DNA from: a virus
Strand: one strand, 5' to 3'
DNA: 64,000 nt
Virus record (IMG/VR): IMGVR_UViG_3300042934_000426
Coordinates: 40,951 to 104,950 of that record
Positions 38,294 to 48,232 of the stretch are shown one piece after another; the stretch's first letter is position 1; each line of letters begins with the position of its first letter. The notes under the pieces were generated by a model. That model worked only from the letters and a program-made list of their open reading frames with translations, had not been told where the DNA came from and made no database searches. Made by a program: the position numbers and the translations under genes.

Positions 38294-38681
38294 ATTGAGC
38301 GTAGACGTGATAAAGAACTTCAGGCTCTTTTACCTCTTCAATGTCTAACAACCATTCAGGGCACTTCGTTACGACTGTTGCTAAAACAGCCATACAATGT
38401 GCTAATGTTTTGACACTATTGTCCACTAGGTTTACGTCCTTTACACCCGCTTTTCGAAGGTACTCGGATTTCTTTCCACCCATTTGCATGTATTCGAAGG
38501 TAGTCGGTCGTTTGAATTCTACCCAGCCTTGGAACTTTGTTCCGAAGTCCGATTCGAAGTCAATATACGTACCGTTTTTTAGGTTACCGCCTAGATGGAT
38601 TTGCTCTGCTTGTTCTGCAAGTGCTTGCTGTTTCATTAGCTCTTGGATTTTCTCTAAATTGTCCTCATTACCCATGGTCAT
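38226..38681 (-). CDS. Tail assembly chaperone (G-like)
   Basis: Between tube and tape measure; TCC TTT CGT slippery site near the 3' end. Confidence 0.8.
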   Translation of the reverse strand: MTMGNEDNLEKIQELMKQQALAEQAEQIHLGGNLKNGTYIDFESDFGTKFQGWVEFKRPTTFEYMQMGGKKSEYLRKAGVKDVNLVDNSVKTLAHCMAVLATVVTKCPEWLLDIEEVKEPEVLYHVYAQYEVWENSFRKKFEPEGDSPATK

Positions 38682-38730
38682 TCTACCCAGCTCCGTTCTA
38701 CATTTTGGTAATCAATTTCTCTTTCATTAT

Positions 38731-38764
38731 AAAACAACCCCTACCAAAAGGGTAGGGGTGTTTT
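38731..38764 (-). terminator. Intrinsic terminator after the tail tube gene
   Basis: ACCCCTACC...GGTAGGGGT flanked by A/T runs. Confidence 0.7.
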
Positions 38765-38784
38765 CAGCTTCGGAACCTCTTACA

Positions 38785-39222
38785 TTAAATCGCTGTTTCC
38801 ACTGTACCTTGGTCAGCGGATAAATAGTTCCATGTTGCGTTCTCGCCTGAAATAGCGTTTACTCGGAAGTTCTCGCTATAGTCAGCTAGTGAACAACCAC
38901 GGTATACCACAACGATATCACCTGTAAAGCGGTCTGTGATTTCAATGTCGATGACATTCATTTTCAGAATCCCTTCGCCTAGAACCGCTAGACCTAAGTC
39001 TTTTAGGGACTTCTTACGGATTTTAAACTTGTCGAAGGTTACGGAACCTTCGTAACGCAACGGTACGTGTTCCTGGGGCATAATGCTCCCAATTTCGTAC
39101 TGTGCTTCTTGCCCAAAGGAACGTCTACCATCTACCGATTGAGCTCGTCCTACTTCTTGACCGCCAATTTTCAAACGAATCGTGTGACCCGCATGGGCTT
39201 GTTGGTTTGTTATGTTTGCCAT
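38785..39222 (-). CDS. Tail tube protein
   Basis: VGRAQS...YEIGSIMPQEHV.LRYEGSVT, resembling SPO1/Twort-type tubes; follows the sheath. Confidence 0.88.
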   Translation of the reverse strand: MANITNQQAHAGHTIRLKIGGQEVGRAQSVDGRRSFGQEAQYEIGSIMPQEHVPLRYEGSVTFDKFKIRKKSLKDLGLAVLGEGILKMNVIDIEITDRFTGDIVVVYRGCSLADYSENFRVNAISGENATWNYLSADQGTVETAI

Positions 39223-39251
39223 GAGTTTATCCCCCTTTTGATTCCGCTAAA

Positions 39252-40361
39252 TTATAGCGTGAAGTGTGAAGTGATTAAGAAATTATTGATAGGTAGAGTT
39301 GGTTTCCCTTCCCAATCAATAAGGAACGCTGTACCTGACTTAACAACTTTTACAGAATCTTGTACATAATCTGTAATCCAGCCGTTCTTCTTGTACTCTT
39401 CGATACGAGAAACAGCGTCGTTATAGATAGTGATTTCGATTCCTGGTACACCCGCTTTACCTACGTGTTTGTTTTCCATCGTTTCACGCATATCTTGGCT
39501 CATGACGTCTTTTAACGTAGACACGGATAATTCACGCTCTGTTAAGTCCGTAGAAGACGATGTTGTAACACCTTGAACAACTCGAATTCCTCTACCTTTT
39601 ACGATTTCAGCAACCGCGATACCAGCCACTAGTAAATCACCTAGGTCTGTCGGTTCATACTGCTTTTCTAAGCCAGCGAAGCTCACATAATCGTATGTGA
39701 TAGGGTCTTGAGGGTTTTTGCCAGCCCATAAGCCCGCATAAGCTGAAGCAAGTTCAACCGAAGTCTTTAGTACCTTCGACCCGTCTGCTCCTGTTTCATA
39801 CACGGCTGGTGAAGCTATCACAATACGTGAATCCGCAATAGCCGTCTTCAGTGTGATGATTTCTTCTTTCGTCTTCCCGCTTGCATGACCTACGAAGGCT
39901 CTGCGTTCTTTGCGGTTAGATGTACTTGAAGACGTCACCACATGTGTTTTCACCTTTGTTAAGATAGCTGTTTCGGTTGTAACCGCTACGATACCATCCA
40001 CGAATTCCATGTTAAAGGCGTCAATCGCTTTTTGCCATTCTGCGTCGGTTGCGGGTGTTTGGGCTGTAGCCGTCTTCGATACAACGGAAACCGCGATTAA
40101 GTCCGCTCCATGGCTCCATGCGATTCTCATATTGTTGAGTAAATCGCCTTCGCCTAATTCTTCTGTTGCAAGCTTCGTTGTTTGTGAATTATACCAGCGC
40201 ACTTCTGCTATACCTACATCGGTAATTGCTGTCGTCGTTACCCCTACGAAGCCTAACGCACGAAATGAACCTAATTGAGAAGGTGTCATATTGCTTGTGT
40301 CGACTGTAGAGTAAGAACCAGGACGTCTAATTTGTGCTCCACCAAACGCTATTGTTGTCAT
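39252..40361 (-). CDS. Tail sheath protein (compact, 369 aa)
   Basis: RRPGSYS.VD N-terminus; VVQGVTT, ELSV and P.LPINNFLIT C-terminus. Confidence 0.88.
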   Translation of the reverse strand: MTTIAFGGAQIRRPGSYSTVDTSNMTPSQLGSFRALGFVGVTTTAITDVGIAEVRWYNSQTTKLATEELGEGDLLNNMRIAWSHGADLIAVSVVSKTATAQTPATDAEWQKAIDAFNMEFVDGIVAVTTETAILTKVKTHVVTSSSTSNRKERRAFVGHASGKTKEEIITLKTAIADSRIVIASPAVYETGADGSKVLKTSVELASAYAGLWAGKNPQDPITYDYVSFAGLEKQYEPTDLGDLLVAGIAVAEIVKGRGIRVVQGVTTSSSTDLTERELSVSTLKDVMSQDMRETMENKHVGKAGVPGIEITIYNDAVSRIEEYKKNGWITDYVQDSVKVVKSGTAFLIDWEGKPTLPINNFLITSHFTL

Positions 40362-40379
40362 AATCGGTTTACCCCCTTA

Positions 40380-40616
40380 TTAATATGCTCGATTTGCTTG
40401 CGCTTCGAAGTCTCGTTTCCACTCGTCTTCGGAACGCTCCTGAAGACCTTTTTCAGCCTTCAACGCTTCGTATTTGAAGCTTGCTACCAGCCCAGGATTG
40501 ACCTTAGCTTTCGCAATATATTTTTCGAAGCTGACCATTTCCGCTTCCGTAGCCTTCGCTTCCGAAGCTTGTAAGTCGACTTCTGTAGCTTTTAAATTAC
40601 GCTTTTTTGTACTCAT
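40380..40616 (-). CDS. Small neck/tail-region protein
   Basis: Position upstream of the sheath. Confidence 0.6.
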   Translation of the reverse strand: MSTKKRNLKATEVDLQASEAKATEAEMVSFEKYIAKAKVNPGLVASFKYEALKAEKGLQERSEDEWKRDFEAQANRAY

Positions 40617-40628
40617 AGCGGTTTCCCC

Positions 40629-41171
40629 CTACCCTTTCATTCTAGTAGTCACTGTCACAGCACTAATCGGTTCTACGGTAGATACGAAGGTCACATCCAT
40701 CGGATTTAAGTAGCTCATTGTAATACTCGTCCAGTACAGCGCGGTATTCGCCTGTTGCATGGTGCTGTCTTGCTCGTCACGCCCGCTTCGAAGGGTGATA
40801 TTGAGAAGCCCCTTTTCTACTAAACTAGGACGAATAGCAAAGAGTATCGCCTTCGTATGAAGACCTAATCTATCCCGCTCGTCTGCGTTGGTATGCCATA
40901 CGCGGACTTCTAAGGATTCTTGAAAGAAGGTACCATAAAACGTTCGATATTCCTTCATTTCTGCGTCGTAGAAATGCCCTTGTGCGTCCGCTAAACTCTG
41001 CTCGGATTCGTTGTCGTCTACTCGATTAATCCCAATACACGGCATTTCTGCTTGAGTAAGTGGGTCGGCTTTGATGACCTTTACGTTTCCAAAGTTAAAC
41101 TTCGGAAGCTCTCTTTTTAACTGATTCACGATTTCGCTCTTTACGTCTACGTGCTGGAAGGTAAAGCTCAT
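40629..41171 (-). CDS. Tail completion/terminator-like protein
   Basis: Position; P.I.I.R motif. Confidence 0.6.
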   Translation of the reverse strand: MSFTFQHVDVKSEIVNQLKRELPKFNFGNVKVIKADPLTQAEMPCIGINRVDDNESEQSLADAQGHFYDAEMKEYRTFYGTFFQESLEVRVWHTNADERDRLGLHTKAILFAIRPSLVEKGLLNITLRSGRDEQDSTMQQANTALYWTSITMSYLNPMDVTFVSTVEPISAVTVTTRMKG

Positions 41172-42008
41172 TTAATCACCGCCTAATCCCATAAAGTATA
41201 AGTCCATTTCGAAGCCTTGCCTAATTAAGTGGAGCACTTCTTCCCTGGTGTTCTCGACGACGGCTTCCCTTATTGGGCGTGGTTTCACCCCTGGGTGTTG
41301 CCAGCTCGACGGGTCACTATTCGTCGATACTCTTCGGAAGGTTAGATATTGTGTGTGCCCAGCTTTTCCTACTCTTACCATACCCGAAAATTGTCCACTT
41401 TTCCACGTATATTTTTGTCCTGGATGTGGAGCGATATGACTTCGTTGTCCTTGCGAAGTTTCTTTCAATCGACCATTCCATACATATTTTCGTCCCGTGA
41501 AAAAGGCTTTTAATGCCCCGTTTCTTCGGCTGAAGCCTAGCTTATTAGCTTGCTGATAGACATTGACGGGCATAGCGGATAGCCCACTTGTTCCAGGTGT
41601 GCCGTGTCGGAAGGGCACCGTAATAAACTTACCTCCGTCTTTCATGGGCTTCGCCTTTGGGCTAGCGAGTAACCCAGGCTTCATATCGAAGGGTTTGATA
41701 CCGTCTTCGATGGTGTTCCCATGCGGGGAAGTTGAAATAATTTCGCCTGTTAAGTCTTCGGGAAATCGAAGACCGTTTTCAATGCTTCGGATGTACTCAC
41801 CTGTTACCACATTTATACGAAATGTGCCCCCTGAATAGGTGACGGTTGCCCCCGAAGCGTATTGAATCCAGGTTCTTTGCACGACGTCCACGGTAGCGGA
41901 ACGAACCGCCTCCTTCGTATAGGGAAGCTCCCCTTTGCCCGCTCGTTCTACCGCTTTTAAGACGTTATCAAGGCTCGGAAGGTCGGCACTAATAGTGATT
42001 AGGCTCAT
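41172..42008 (-). CDS. Neck protein
   Basis: IEDG..PFDMK..LL, VPFRHGTPG and YLTFRRVS..SDP.SW.HPG motifs. Confidence 0.7.
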   Translation of the reverse strand: MSLITISADLPSLDNVLKAVERAGKGELPYTKEAVRSATVDVVQRTWIQYASGATVTYSGGTFRINVVTGEYIRSIENGLRFPEDLTGEIISTSPHGNTIEDGIKPFDMKPGLLASPKAKPMKDGGKFITVPFRHGTPGTSGLSAMPVNVYQQANKLGFSRRNGALKAFFTGRKYVWNGRLKETSQGQRSHIAPHPGQKYTWKSGQFSGMVRVGKAGHTQYLTFRRVSTNSDPSSWQHPGVKPRPIREAVVENTREEVLHLIRQGFEMDLYFMGLGGD

Positions 42009-42783
42009 TTACGAATAACCCCCCGCCTGGTGAGTTGGGCTTATTGTTTAAGCCCCATGCTCTTTGGCGTAGGACTACTTTCTTCGGAAGGTCTTGACCA
42101 TCTTGGTATCGTTGTTCAGGTAGTTGGGTCAGCACCGTAAACGAAGGTCTATGGGTGTAGAGCACACTATATTTTTCGCCTTCGGAAGGCTGATTCCCGT
42201 CTTCCTTCCATACAATCCGATTGCGTTCGACTTCGAAGTCCACGCCTTTATCATACTCGTATACTTTGCCTTCTTCCAGGCTCGTTCTTCGAACCTTCCG
42301 CACTTCGGTAACATCTTCATTAATCAGCGTGTCTGCTAGTCTTCCGTACATAGGAATACCCTTTTGAATGATTTCTGACGTTTTATACTCGTCGTCTAAG
42401 ACGGTAATAATATCAAATTGACCCACTTCGAAGACAGGATTATCACGGGTATACCTCAGCGTTTCCACTCCACTCGTATTCGTTGGGTTTGGGATGACCT
42501 CAAAAACCCGCTTCGGAACAACGAGAACAGCGTCCCCGATTTCGAATAATCCCGCCATTTCCTCATACCCCTTCGAATGGGCAATACTCATAAGAAGGAC
42601 TTTTTCTTCTTGTGGGTCTTCATAGGTGTAGCCTAGACCGTAGCAAGCGGGGCATGAGTAGGCGGGTTGACCACTATCCAGATTCCAGCATGAACACACA
42701 ATGGCTTCCCGCCACCGCACGACACGTCCACGCCTGGCTATCATTTGTTCGTATTTATCCGCATGAAGCTTTACACTTGGCAT
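41989..42783 (-). CDS. Head completion/neck protein
   Basis: V.W.EA..CSC......CPAC.G.G motif typical of SPO1/Twort-like neck proteins. Confidence 0.75.
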   Translation of the reverse strand: MPSVKLHADKYEQMIARRGRVVRWREAIVCSCWNLDSGQPAYSCPACYGLGYTYEDPQEEKVLLMSIAHSKGYEEMAGLFEIGDAVLVVPKRVFEVIPNPTNTSGVETLRYTRDNPVFEVGQFDIITVLDDEYKTSEIIQKGIPMYGRLADTLINEDVTEVRKVRRTSLEEGKVYEYDKGVDFEVERNRIVWKEDGNQPSEGEKYSVLYTHRPSFTVLTQLPEQRYQDGQDLPKKVVLRQRAWGLNNKPNSPGGGLFVNEPNHY

Positions 42784-42806
42784 TGGTTAGTCGCTCCCTT
42801 CTCTCT

Positions 42807-43688
42807 TTATAACCCCGTCATCGTGAAGCCACGGTAGACACTTCGGGCTGACCCTTTTTTGAAGAAATTATCTACTTCGTCTTGAAGCTGTTTTTGATGT
42901 GCTCCGTACGTTGCTGACGTTGCCGAAGCTGTTGTGCTGAAGGATTCGCTTAGACCGTCTATCGAAGTCGATAGAGAAGCAACCCCCGCTAGTACTGCGT
43001 CACCCGCGATACCTAGGGTATCAATAGCGGACATTTTAGCGATTACATTTCGCACGTCATTAGGCACTTCATGGAGCGGAAAGCCCGCTTCGTAGTCCAC
43101 ATACCACATTTGCGGTAGCTGTGAGTTAATCCGTCCTGTGACGAAGGGATAACCCGACTGTGACCCGCCCAACATAGCAAAGAGCGTAGGGTCGCCCGCA
43201 TAAGGGACTAGGTGAAGCTGACCTTGTTCAGGATAGAGCTTAATCCACTGTTTAACCGTGTCCGAAGCGGTAAAATCCATAATGACCTGACCATTCGGAA
43301 GAACCAATTTTAAGCCGTTTAGCTTCTGTACAGGACGCTCCCGAAGCTGAAGGAATCCGTATTGCATGTAGTCACGGGCTGAATAGTCATAAGCTGGTTC
43401 AGCCTTATCGTAGTCTACTCCCTTCGTAAGTCCACGCTCTTCGGGATTCGTGACGATTTTCAACGGCTTTAGGAAAACCCCCAGGTGCTTTTCCATTTCG
43501 TCGATTGCCCCTAAAAGGAATTGAAGAATATCTTCGTCACTCATAGGAATTCCCCGCTCATTGGTTAAGGGTAATCCATAACACCATCGATTTCGTACTT
43601 CCGAAGGCGTTGGAAGGTTCGTTGTGGATACAATCGTCTTCGAACCGTCCGCTTCGGTGACTTCTCGGTAGTAAGGTGTCACTAGCAT
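42807..43688 (-). CDS. Head-tail adaptor protein
   Basis: VDY.AGF, G.AS.S.SIDG.SES..TT.SA...YGA motifs. Confidence 0.75.
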   Translation of the reverse strand: MLVTPYYREVTEADGSKTIVSTTNLPTPSEVRNRWCYGLPLTNERGIPMSDEDILQFLLGAIDEMEKHLGVFLKPLKIVTNPEERGLTKGVDYDKAEPAYDYSARDYMQYGFLQLRERPVQKLNGLKLVLPNGQVIMDFTASDTVKQWIKLYPEQGQLHLVPYAGDPTLFAMLGGSQSGYPFVTGRINSQLPQMWYVDYEAGFPLHEVPNDVRNVIAKMSAIDTLGIAGDAVLAGVASLSTSIDGLSESFSTTASATSATYGAHQKQLQDEVDNFFKKGSARSVYRGFTMTGL

Positions 43689-43700
43689 AGAAGCACCCCC

Positions 43701-43973
43701 CTAGTATCCGTAGGCTACTACGGTGACTACGCCTGTCGCTTTGAATTTGTAAACCGTTAAAGGTATGGGTCTAGTGGTATTTGCTTTAATCGGAATAGCT
43801 GTTCCTTGGTGTCCTTGTTCGGGATAGTCATTGACTAAGAAATCGACTGCCGAAGCGGTGTCATTCGTCACTTCGATGTAACCGAAGTTCCCATGCTCGT
43901 CGATAATTTTCTCCGTATTCGCTGGAACATTAATAAATGCTTTAACTTTACGTAAGCCTATCGGTGTCGCCAT
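43701..43973 (-). CDS. Small virion-associated protein
   Basis: 90 aa, beta-rich, downstream of the capsid gene. Confidence 0.6.
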   Translation of the reverse strand: MATPIGLRKVKAFINVPANTEKIIDEHGNFGYIEVTNDTASAVDFLVNDYPEQGHQGTAIPIKANTTRPIPLTVYKFKATGVVTVVAYGY

Positions 43974-43985
43974 TTACGTCACCCC

Positions 43986-44249
43986 TTAGTTAGCCTTCGG
44001 TTTTGCTGGTGCTTTCTTCGGAAGAGCTTTTTTAGGCGCTTCAGGTACTTCAGGCGCTTCCTCTTCCTTATCATCGTCTTCGGAAGGGTCTGTGTACACC
44101 ACTTCTTCATATCCTGGGATTTGAAGAAGGACTTCGATAACCTCTTCGTCTTCGATTTCCGCAATTCCTTCAGCATTAAATTCTACTTCTTTGGTTAATA
44201 CGACTGTTGTGATAGGGTATTCCCCATACACTTTCTTAATTTGTTTCAT
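43986..44249 (-). CDS. Small protein with acidic/basic tail
   Basis: 87 aa directly after the capsid terminator. Confidence 0.6.
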   Translation of the reverse strand: MKQIKKVYGEYPITTVVLTKEVEFNAEGIAEIEDEEVIEVLLQIPGYEEVVYTDPSEDDDKEEEAPEVPEAPKKALPKKAPAKPKAN

Positions 44250-44281
44250 CAGCTCTTTTCTCCCTTCGAATAATAAAATTT

Positions 44282-44317
44282 AAAAAGGGAGGCTAGAATC
44301 TAGCCCTAGCCCCCCTT
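44282..44317 (-). terminator. Intrinsic terminator after the capsid gene
   Basis: GGGGCTAG...CTAGCCTCCCTTTTT on the minus strand. Confidence 0.65.
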
Positions 44318-44329
44318 CATGTTCAATTA

Positions 44330-45811
44330 TTAACGGTCTACTGCTTTCACTGTTCCGAAGCTAGTTGCCCCATAAGAAGGGTTGAATAGCTCACGGTTTG
44401 AGTTGATTCCTAGTTTACCGATGTTCTTGATAACTACGCAACGACGTGGGTTGTACACTTGAACCATACCGTAAAGTAGAATCATGAAACGCTCTGAAGC
44501 GGAAATTCTAGCAAGTGGAAGCTTCATTAATGGAGCTAATTGCTTGAATGTTAATACGTTTTCAGAATCGTTATCGATTAATACGGCTGTGTCCGTTCCA
44601 GGAATATCGAAGTTACGGTCAGCGATTGTTTGCGTTGCACCCGCCTTAGCGTCAGCCACTTCGAAGGCGAATAATGCTTTCGTAGGGTCTGAAGTTACGC
44701 CACGGTACACTTTGTAAGACTTCGCTACAGGGTCGCTTGTTACGCGATTGATAAGGATGTCTACACGTTGTCCAGCCGTTACCGCTACTGAGCCTAATGC
44801 CACAGGAGCAGATTCCCCAGCACTATTCTTCGCTGATACGAAGTAGAAGTATGTGCTAGCTGTATGCTTCGCTGTAGTGTCCGCTACCGCTACTAATTGA
44901 GAAGCTGGGAATGTTGGAATTCCTGGTGCTCCTTTTTGAGATTGAGCTTTCGGTGCGCCTTGTGGCTTCAAGAAAATGTTATTCACGAAGTTAATATTCG
45001 CTGTATTAGCTGAATATCCACGAACAGGTGCCCCTAATGTCATGCCGTCTGTCGAAGGCATAGCAATACGTTGACGAGCATATAATAACTTCGAGAAGTC
45101 CTTATGTGCTTGGTTTGTAATGTGAAGGTCTAAGTTCGCATTACCATAGTTGTCCGCTACGATGGTCGCTACGTCTTCCAACGTGTTTTCATCTAACGTT
45201 TCGCCACGCATATCAATAATATGTTGGGTTTCGTAAGGCTTGCCCTTAACGAAGTCTGTGATTTGTTTGATTACACCGTCAAACGCTAATGGGTCTACGC
45301 TTGAATCAGCGAAGTAAAGCATGCGCTCTAATTGCTGAAGCAACCATAATGTACCATTTTGAGATTCACGGGCAACAATGTCACCCACTGTGTTACGCAC
45401 TAGCGTAGCTGGGTGTGTTACTACTCTCGTAGTCCCTAGGAATTTCACCATTTGGGATTGACGAATGTAGTTGCTGTCCTCTTCGTTCGGTAAACCGCCT
45501 TCCATGAAGAAAGGAGAAGAATCGCCACCGAAGCTGTCTAATACGTTGAATTCTTCAACAGTATTGAACGCTTGTTTTTTGCCGATTGTCTTCCAAAACT
45601 TAATGTGTTGCTCGCCAGCCGTTACAATCTTTAAAGTCCCCTCTAAAGATTGTGGACGAAGAGCGGACATATCATTGTATGCACCGTTGCCATAAGCTTC
45701 TCCGTCTTGCCCTGTACCTAGGGCTTTGTTTAATTCTTCAAGGTTCTGCCAGTTATCGACACCAAAGCCTTGAACGTCTTCTTGACCACCATTTGGTAAA
45801 AAGTTACTCAT
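44330..45811 (-). CDS. Major capsid protein (SPO1/Twort-like)
   Basis: ELNKALGTG propeptide junction, ALRPQSLE, FDG, IID.RG..L, L.PLMKLPLA, and an internal Ig-like insertion. Confidence 0.92.
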   Translation of the reverse strand: MSNFLPNGGQEDVQGFGVDNWQNLEELNKALGTGQDGEAYGNGAYNDMSALRPQSLEGTLKIVTAGEQHIKFWKTIGKKQAFNTVEEFNVLDSFGGDSSPFFMEGGLPNEEDSNYIRQSQMVKFLGTTRVVTHPATLVRNTVGDIVARESQNGTLWLLQQLERMLYFADSSVDPLAFDGVIKQITDFVKGKPYETQHIIDMRGETLDENTLEDVATIVADNYGNANLDLHITNQAHKDFSKLLYARQRIAMPSTDGMTLGAPVRGYSANTANINFVNNIFLKPQGAPKAQSQKGAPGIPTFPASQLVAVADTTAKHTASTYFYFVSAKNSAGESAPVALGSVAVTAGQRVDILINRVTSDPVAKSYKVYRGVTSDPTKALFAFEVADAKAGATQTIADRNFDIPGTDTAVLIDNDSENVLTFKQLAPLMKLPLARISASERFMILLYGMVQVYNPRRCVVIKNIGKLGINSNRELFNPSYGATSFGTVKAVDR

Positions 45812-45840
45812 GCGTGTATACCCCCTTCTTGGATTGTCGG

Positions 45841-47454
45841 CTATAAGCCTAATTGTTGTCTAAGCGATTCAGGTAATCCTAGGCTCTGAAGCGGTGTGCC
45901 AGCTTCGAATCTAGCAATAGCAGAACCAGGGATTTCCCCTTTATCGAAGCTCTTCATCAGAATATTCCCGATTTGATTTCGATTTAAAGGTTGACCACCT
46001 GTTTCGATAGACTTCTGAAGTGTTTGCACTTCACGCCCGCTTACGACGCTTTTGCGTCCTACGGGACGGTTTAACACTTCGTTAAGTGACTTTTCAAGCG
46101 AATCAATGCGTTCCGCTTGCGCTTCGATAACCGCTAAGGACTTTTGCATAGCTTCACCGAAGGTTGCAAGTGACTTAACAATCGTGTTTTGTTGCTTCGT
46201 TACACTTCCCATCGACTTTTCGAATCCTTCTAAATAGAATCCGATTTCGTCTGTTAAAGAAGTGAGGAAGTCAGACACTTCGAACGCTTGACCGTGTTCT
46301 TCCGCTAATGACTTCGAAAGATTCGTGCGAAGGGATTTCTCGACTTCTTCGTCGTCCTCTCCGTCGCCTTCGTCCCCTTGGTCGTCATCGTCCTGGTCAC
46401 CTTCGTCACCTTGGTCGTCGTCGTCCTGGTTACCTTCGTCATCGTCCTCATTCATGGACTTTTCAAGGTCTTCGTCTTCTTCGTTTTCGAAGTCGTTTTC
46501 GTCCTCTTCATTGTCCATTTCAAGAGATTTTTGAAGCTCTTCTAAGTCTGTGTCTAACAAACTAGAAAGAGTATTCTTCACGTTTTCAGGCATACTAGCA
46601 CCTCCTATAAATTTTTGAATGGATTTCAATATTGGTAGCTTTTCAGCTATATACGAAGCGAAGTCTTCCGCTTCATCATAATCCAGCCCTTTTGATAACG
46701 CACAATGTAAGGCTTCGATTTCTATGTCGTCAGCATAGCTGGTTACGAATGATTTCTTTAGTAGCTCCTGTTTAACGAAGCTTCGAAATAGGTTTAACCA
46801 ATCGTCTTGCGGGTCAGGTGTTTTCACACCGCCTTCGAGCGACTGTGGCGTGACGGCATGAATGGCTCCTATGTCCATAGACTTGTCCATTTCAGGCATA
46901 TCAATCGTCAACTCATGGTGTTTAGCGAAGGACTTCGCTAGTTCAGCCCATGTAGTTGTATTGACAGGATTCATCGTTAAAACAACGTTCCGAAGGACAG
47001 ATTTCACAATCTTTCCTGTTTTACGGTCACGCTCTTTGACGTTTCCTTCGATTGACCAGCCCATTGTACGCTTCGTATTCGACTTTTGAAGGTCTTCGAT
47101 AGTCTTTACCGCTTGGCGGGTTAGTTCACGCTGGGCAAACAATCTCCCTTTTACGTGGATTCCGTTCACCGACTTTTTAATGGTCGGATGTTCGAAGCGT
47201 CCTACCTTCACTTCTAAAGGTTCACCGATAAACTGATTCGGGCTATTCCCATGCTCGTATTTTATCCAGCCTTTTTCTAAGAAGTAGGAGCAATCCATCC
47301 CTTCGGGGCTTATGCTATCATCCTCTTCGTCTGTATCATCCGAAGACATCACACCTTGTACGATGTAATCACCGTTTTCATCTACCTCGATAGACTTTTC
47401 GATGGGTACATAGAGATTATAGGTATCCGATAAGACGTTAAATGGTTCGCTCAT
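45841..47454 (-). CDS. Prohead protease fused to scaffold
   Basis: G.MS...D...D, IKYEH, GWSIEG and LT.NPVN..T protease motifs; acidic coiled-coil C-terminal half with many xxKS motifs. Confidence 0.88.
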   Translation of the reverse strand: MSEPFNVLSDTYNLYVPIEKSIEVDENGDYIVQGVMSSDDTDEEDDSISPEGMDCSYFLEKGWIKYEHGNSPNQFIGEPLEVKVGRFEHPTIKKSVNGIHVKGRLFAQRELTRQAVKTIEDLQKSNTKRTMGWSIEGNVKERDRKTGKIVKSVLRNVVLTMNPVNTTTWAELAKSFAKHHELTIDMPEMDKSMDIGAIHAVTPQSLEGGVKTPDPQDDWLNLFRSFVKQELLKKSFVTSYADDIEIEALHCALSKGLDYDEAEDFASYIAEKLPILKSIQKFIGGASMPENVKNTLSSLLDTDLEELQKSLEMDNEEDENDFENEEDEDLEKSMNEDDDEGNQDDDDQGDEGDQDDDDQGDEGDGEDDEEVEKSLRTNLSKSLAEEHGQAFEVSDFLTSLTDEIGFYLEGFEKSMGSVTKQQNTIVKSLATFGEAMQKSLAVIEAQAERIDSLEKSLNEVLNRPVGRKSVVSGREVQTLQKSIETGGQPLNRNQIGNILMKSFDKGEIPGSAIARFEAGTPLQSLGLPESLRQQLGL

Positions 47455-47477
47455 AATTTCACCTCACTTTATGGCTT

Positions 47478-47577
47478 CATATGAAACAAGGACAATCCAC
47501 AATACACCCCTGGCTAGGTTAGAGCTGGTAGAAACCTTGGCTAGAGTGGTTATTGCGGACTGTCCTTGTTTGATATG
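47478..47577 (-). promoter_or_regulatory. ~100-nt RNA hairpin in the 5' leader of the protease-capsid operon
   Basis: CAUAUCAAACAAGGACAGUCCGCAAUA pairs with UAUUGUGGAUUGUCCUUGUUUCAUAUG; mismatches resolve as G-U pairs on the minus strand. Confidence 0.7.
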
Positions 47578-47657
47578 GACTTTGTTGCCCTTTTTTATTC
47601 ACTTTTGATTACTTTTGTTCAACTACTTTCGAGTTTACCATTAACTTCCGAAGAGCG

Positions 47658-47873
47658 TCAACGGTCATTTTTCATATTTAAAACGTGCTTCGTCTTCGGG
47701 GGAGCTTCAGGCATAGACCCCAACTGTAACGGGACGGCTACCTTCGTTTTGCACGTTGGGCATAGGGCGTGTGCTTCTCCATTATGGAATAATACCATTC
47801 GGCTTCGTAGCTTGACGCCCCCATCAGTGGTAGAATCCATTAGTATCCTATTACAACTTGGGCAATGTATCAT
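47658..47873 (-). CDS. Zn-ribbon protein (Mu Com-like)
   Basis: IHCPSCNRIL...CPTCKT; upstream of the head operon. Confidence 0.65.
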   Translation of the reverse strand: MIHCPSCNRILMDSTTDGGVKLRSRMVLFHNGEAHALCPTCKTKVAVPLQLGSMPEAPPKTKHVLNMKNDR

Positions 47874-47921
47874 AAAGCTCCCCCTTTCCTGATTATAACA
47901 GTAATTTTCTGACTTCGGAAG

Positions 47922-48197
47922 TTAGTTTTTACCGATAGACTTCGCGACCCTTTCCAGGTGTTCGTTCGTGTAGTTTACCCTTTGACACGATTTTATCAAG
48001 TTTTTCCATACTTGTCGAAGCTTTTCTTTTCGCTCGTCCCCGTGTAGACCAGCGTCGGAAAGCTGGTTTTGGTAGCTTTGTAAGTTGTTGACGAAGTAGG
48101 TGTAACAACTTTGAGCTTCGGAAGTGCTTTTTATCTCTTCCTGAAAGGAATGTTCGTCGAAAAGAAAGCTCGTATTATTCACTGAATTTTCTGACAT
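47922..48197 (-). CDS. Hypothetical protein
   Basis: 91 aa; GGGGG SD; contains LIKS and VAKS motifs. Confidence 0.6.
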   Translation of the reverse strand: MSENSVNNTSFLFDEHSFQEEIKSTSEAQSCYTYFVNNLQSYQNQLSDAGLHGDERKEKLRQVWKNLIKSCQRVNYTNEHLERVAKSIGKN

Positions 48198-48232
48198 AAT
48201 AAGAATAACCCCCTATATAAGAGATATTTTTC

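Noticed and set aside
39252-40361. Truncated or pseudogenised tail sheath (only 369 aa)
   Set aside because: Both terminal sheath motifs are intact; compact sheaths lacking outer domains are known
46340-46520. Tandem GACGACGACCAAGG-like repeats
   Set aside because: They encode the acidic linker (DDDDQGDEG) of the scaffold; ordinary low-complexity coding sequence
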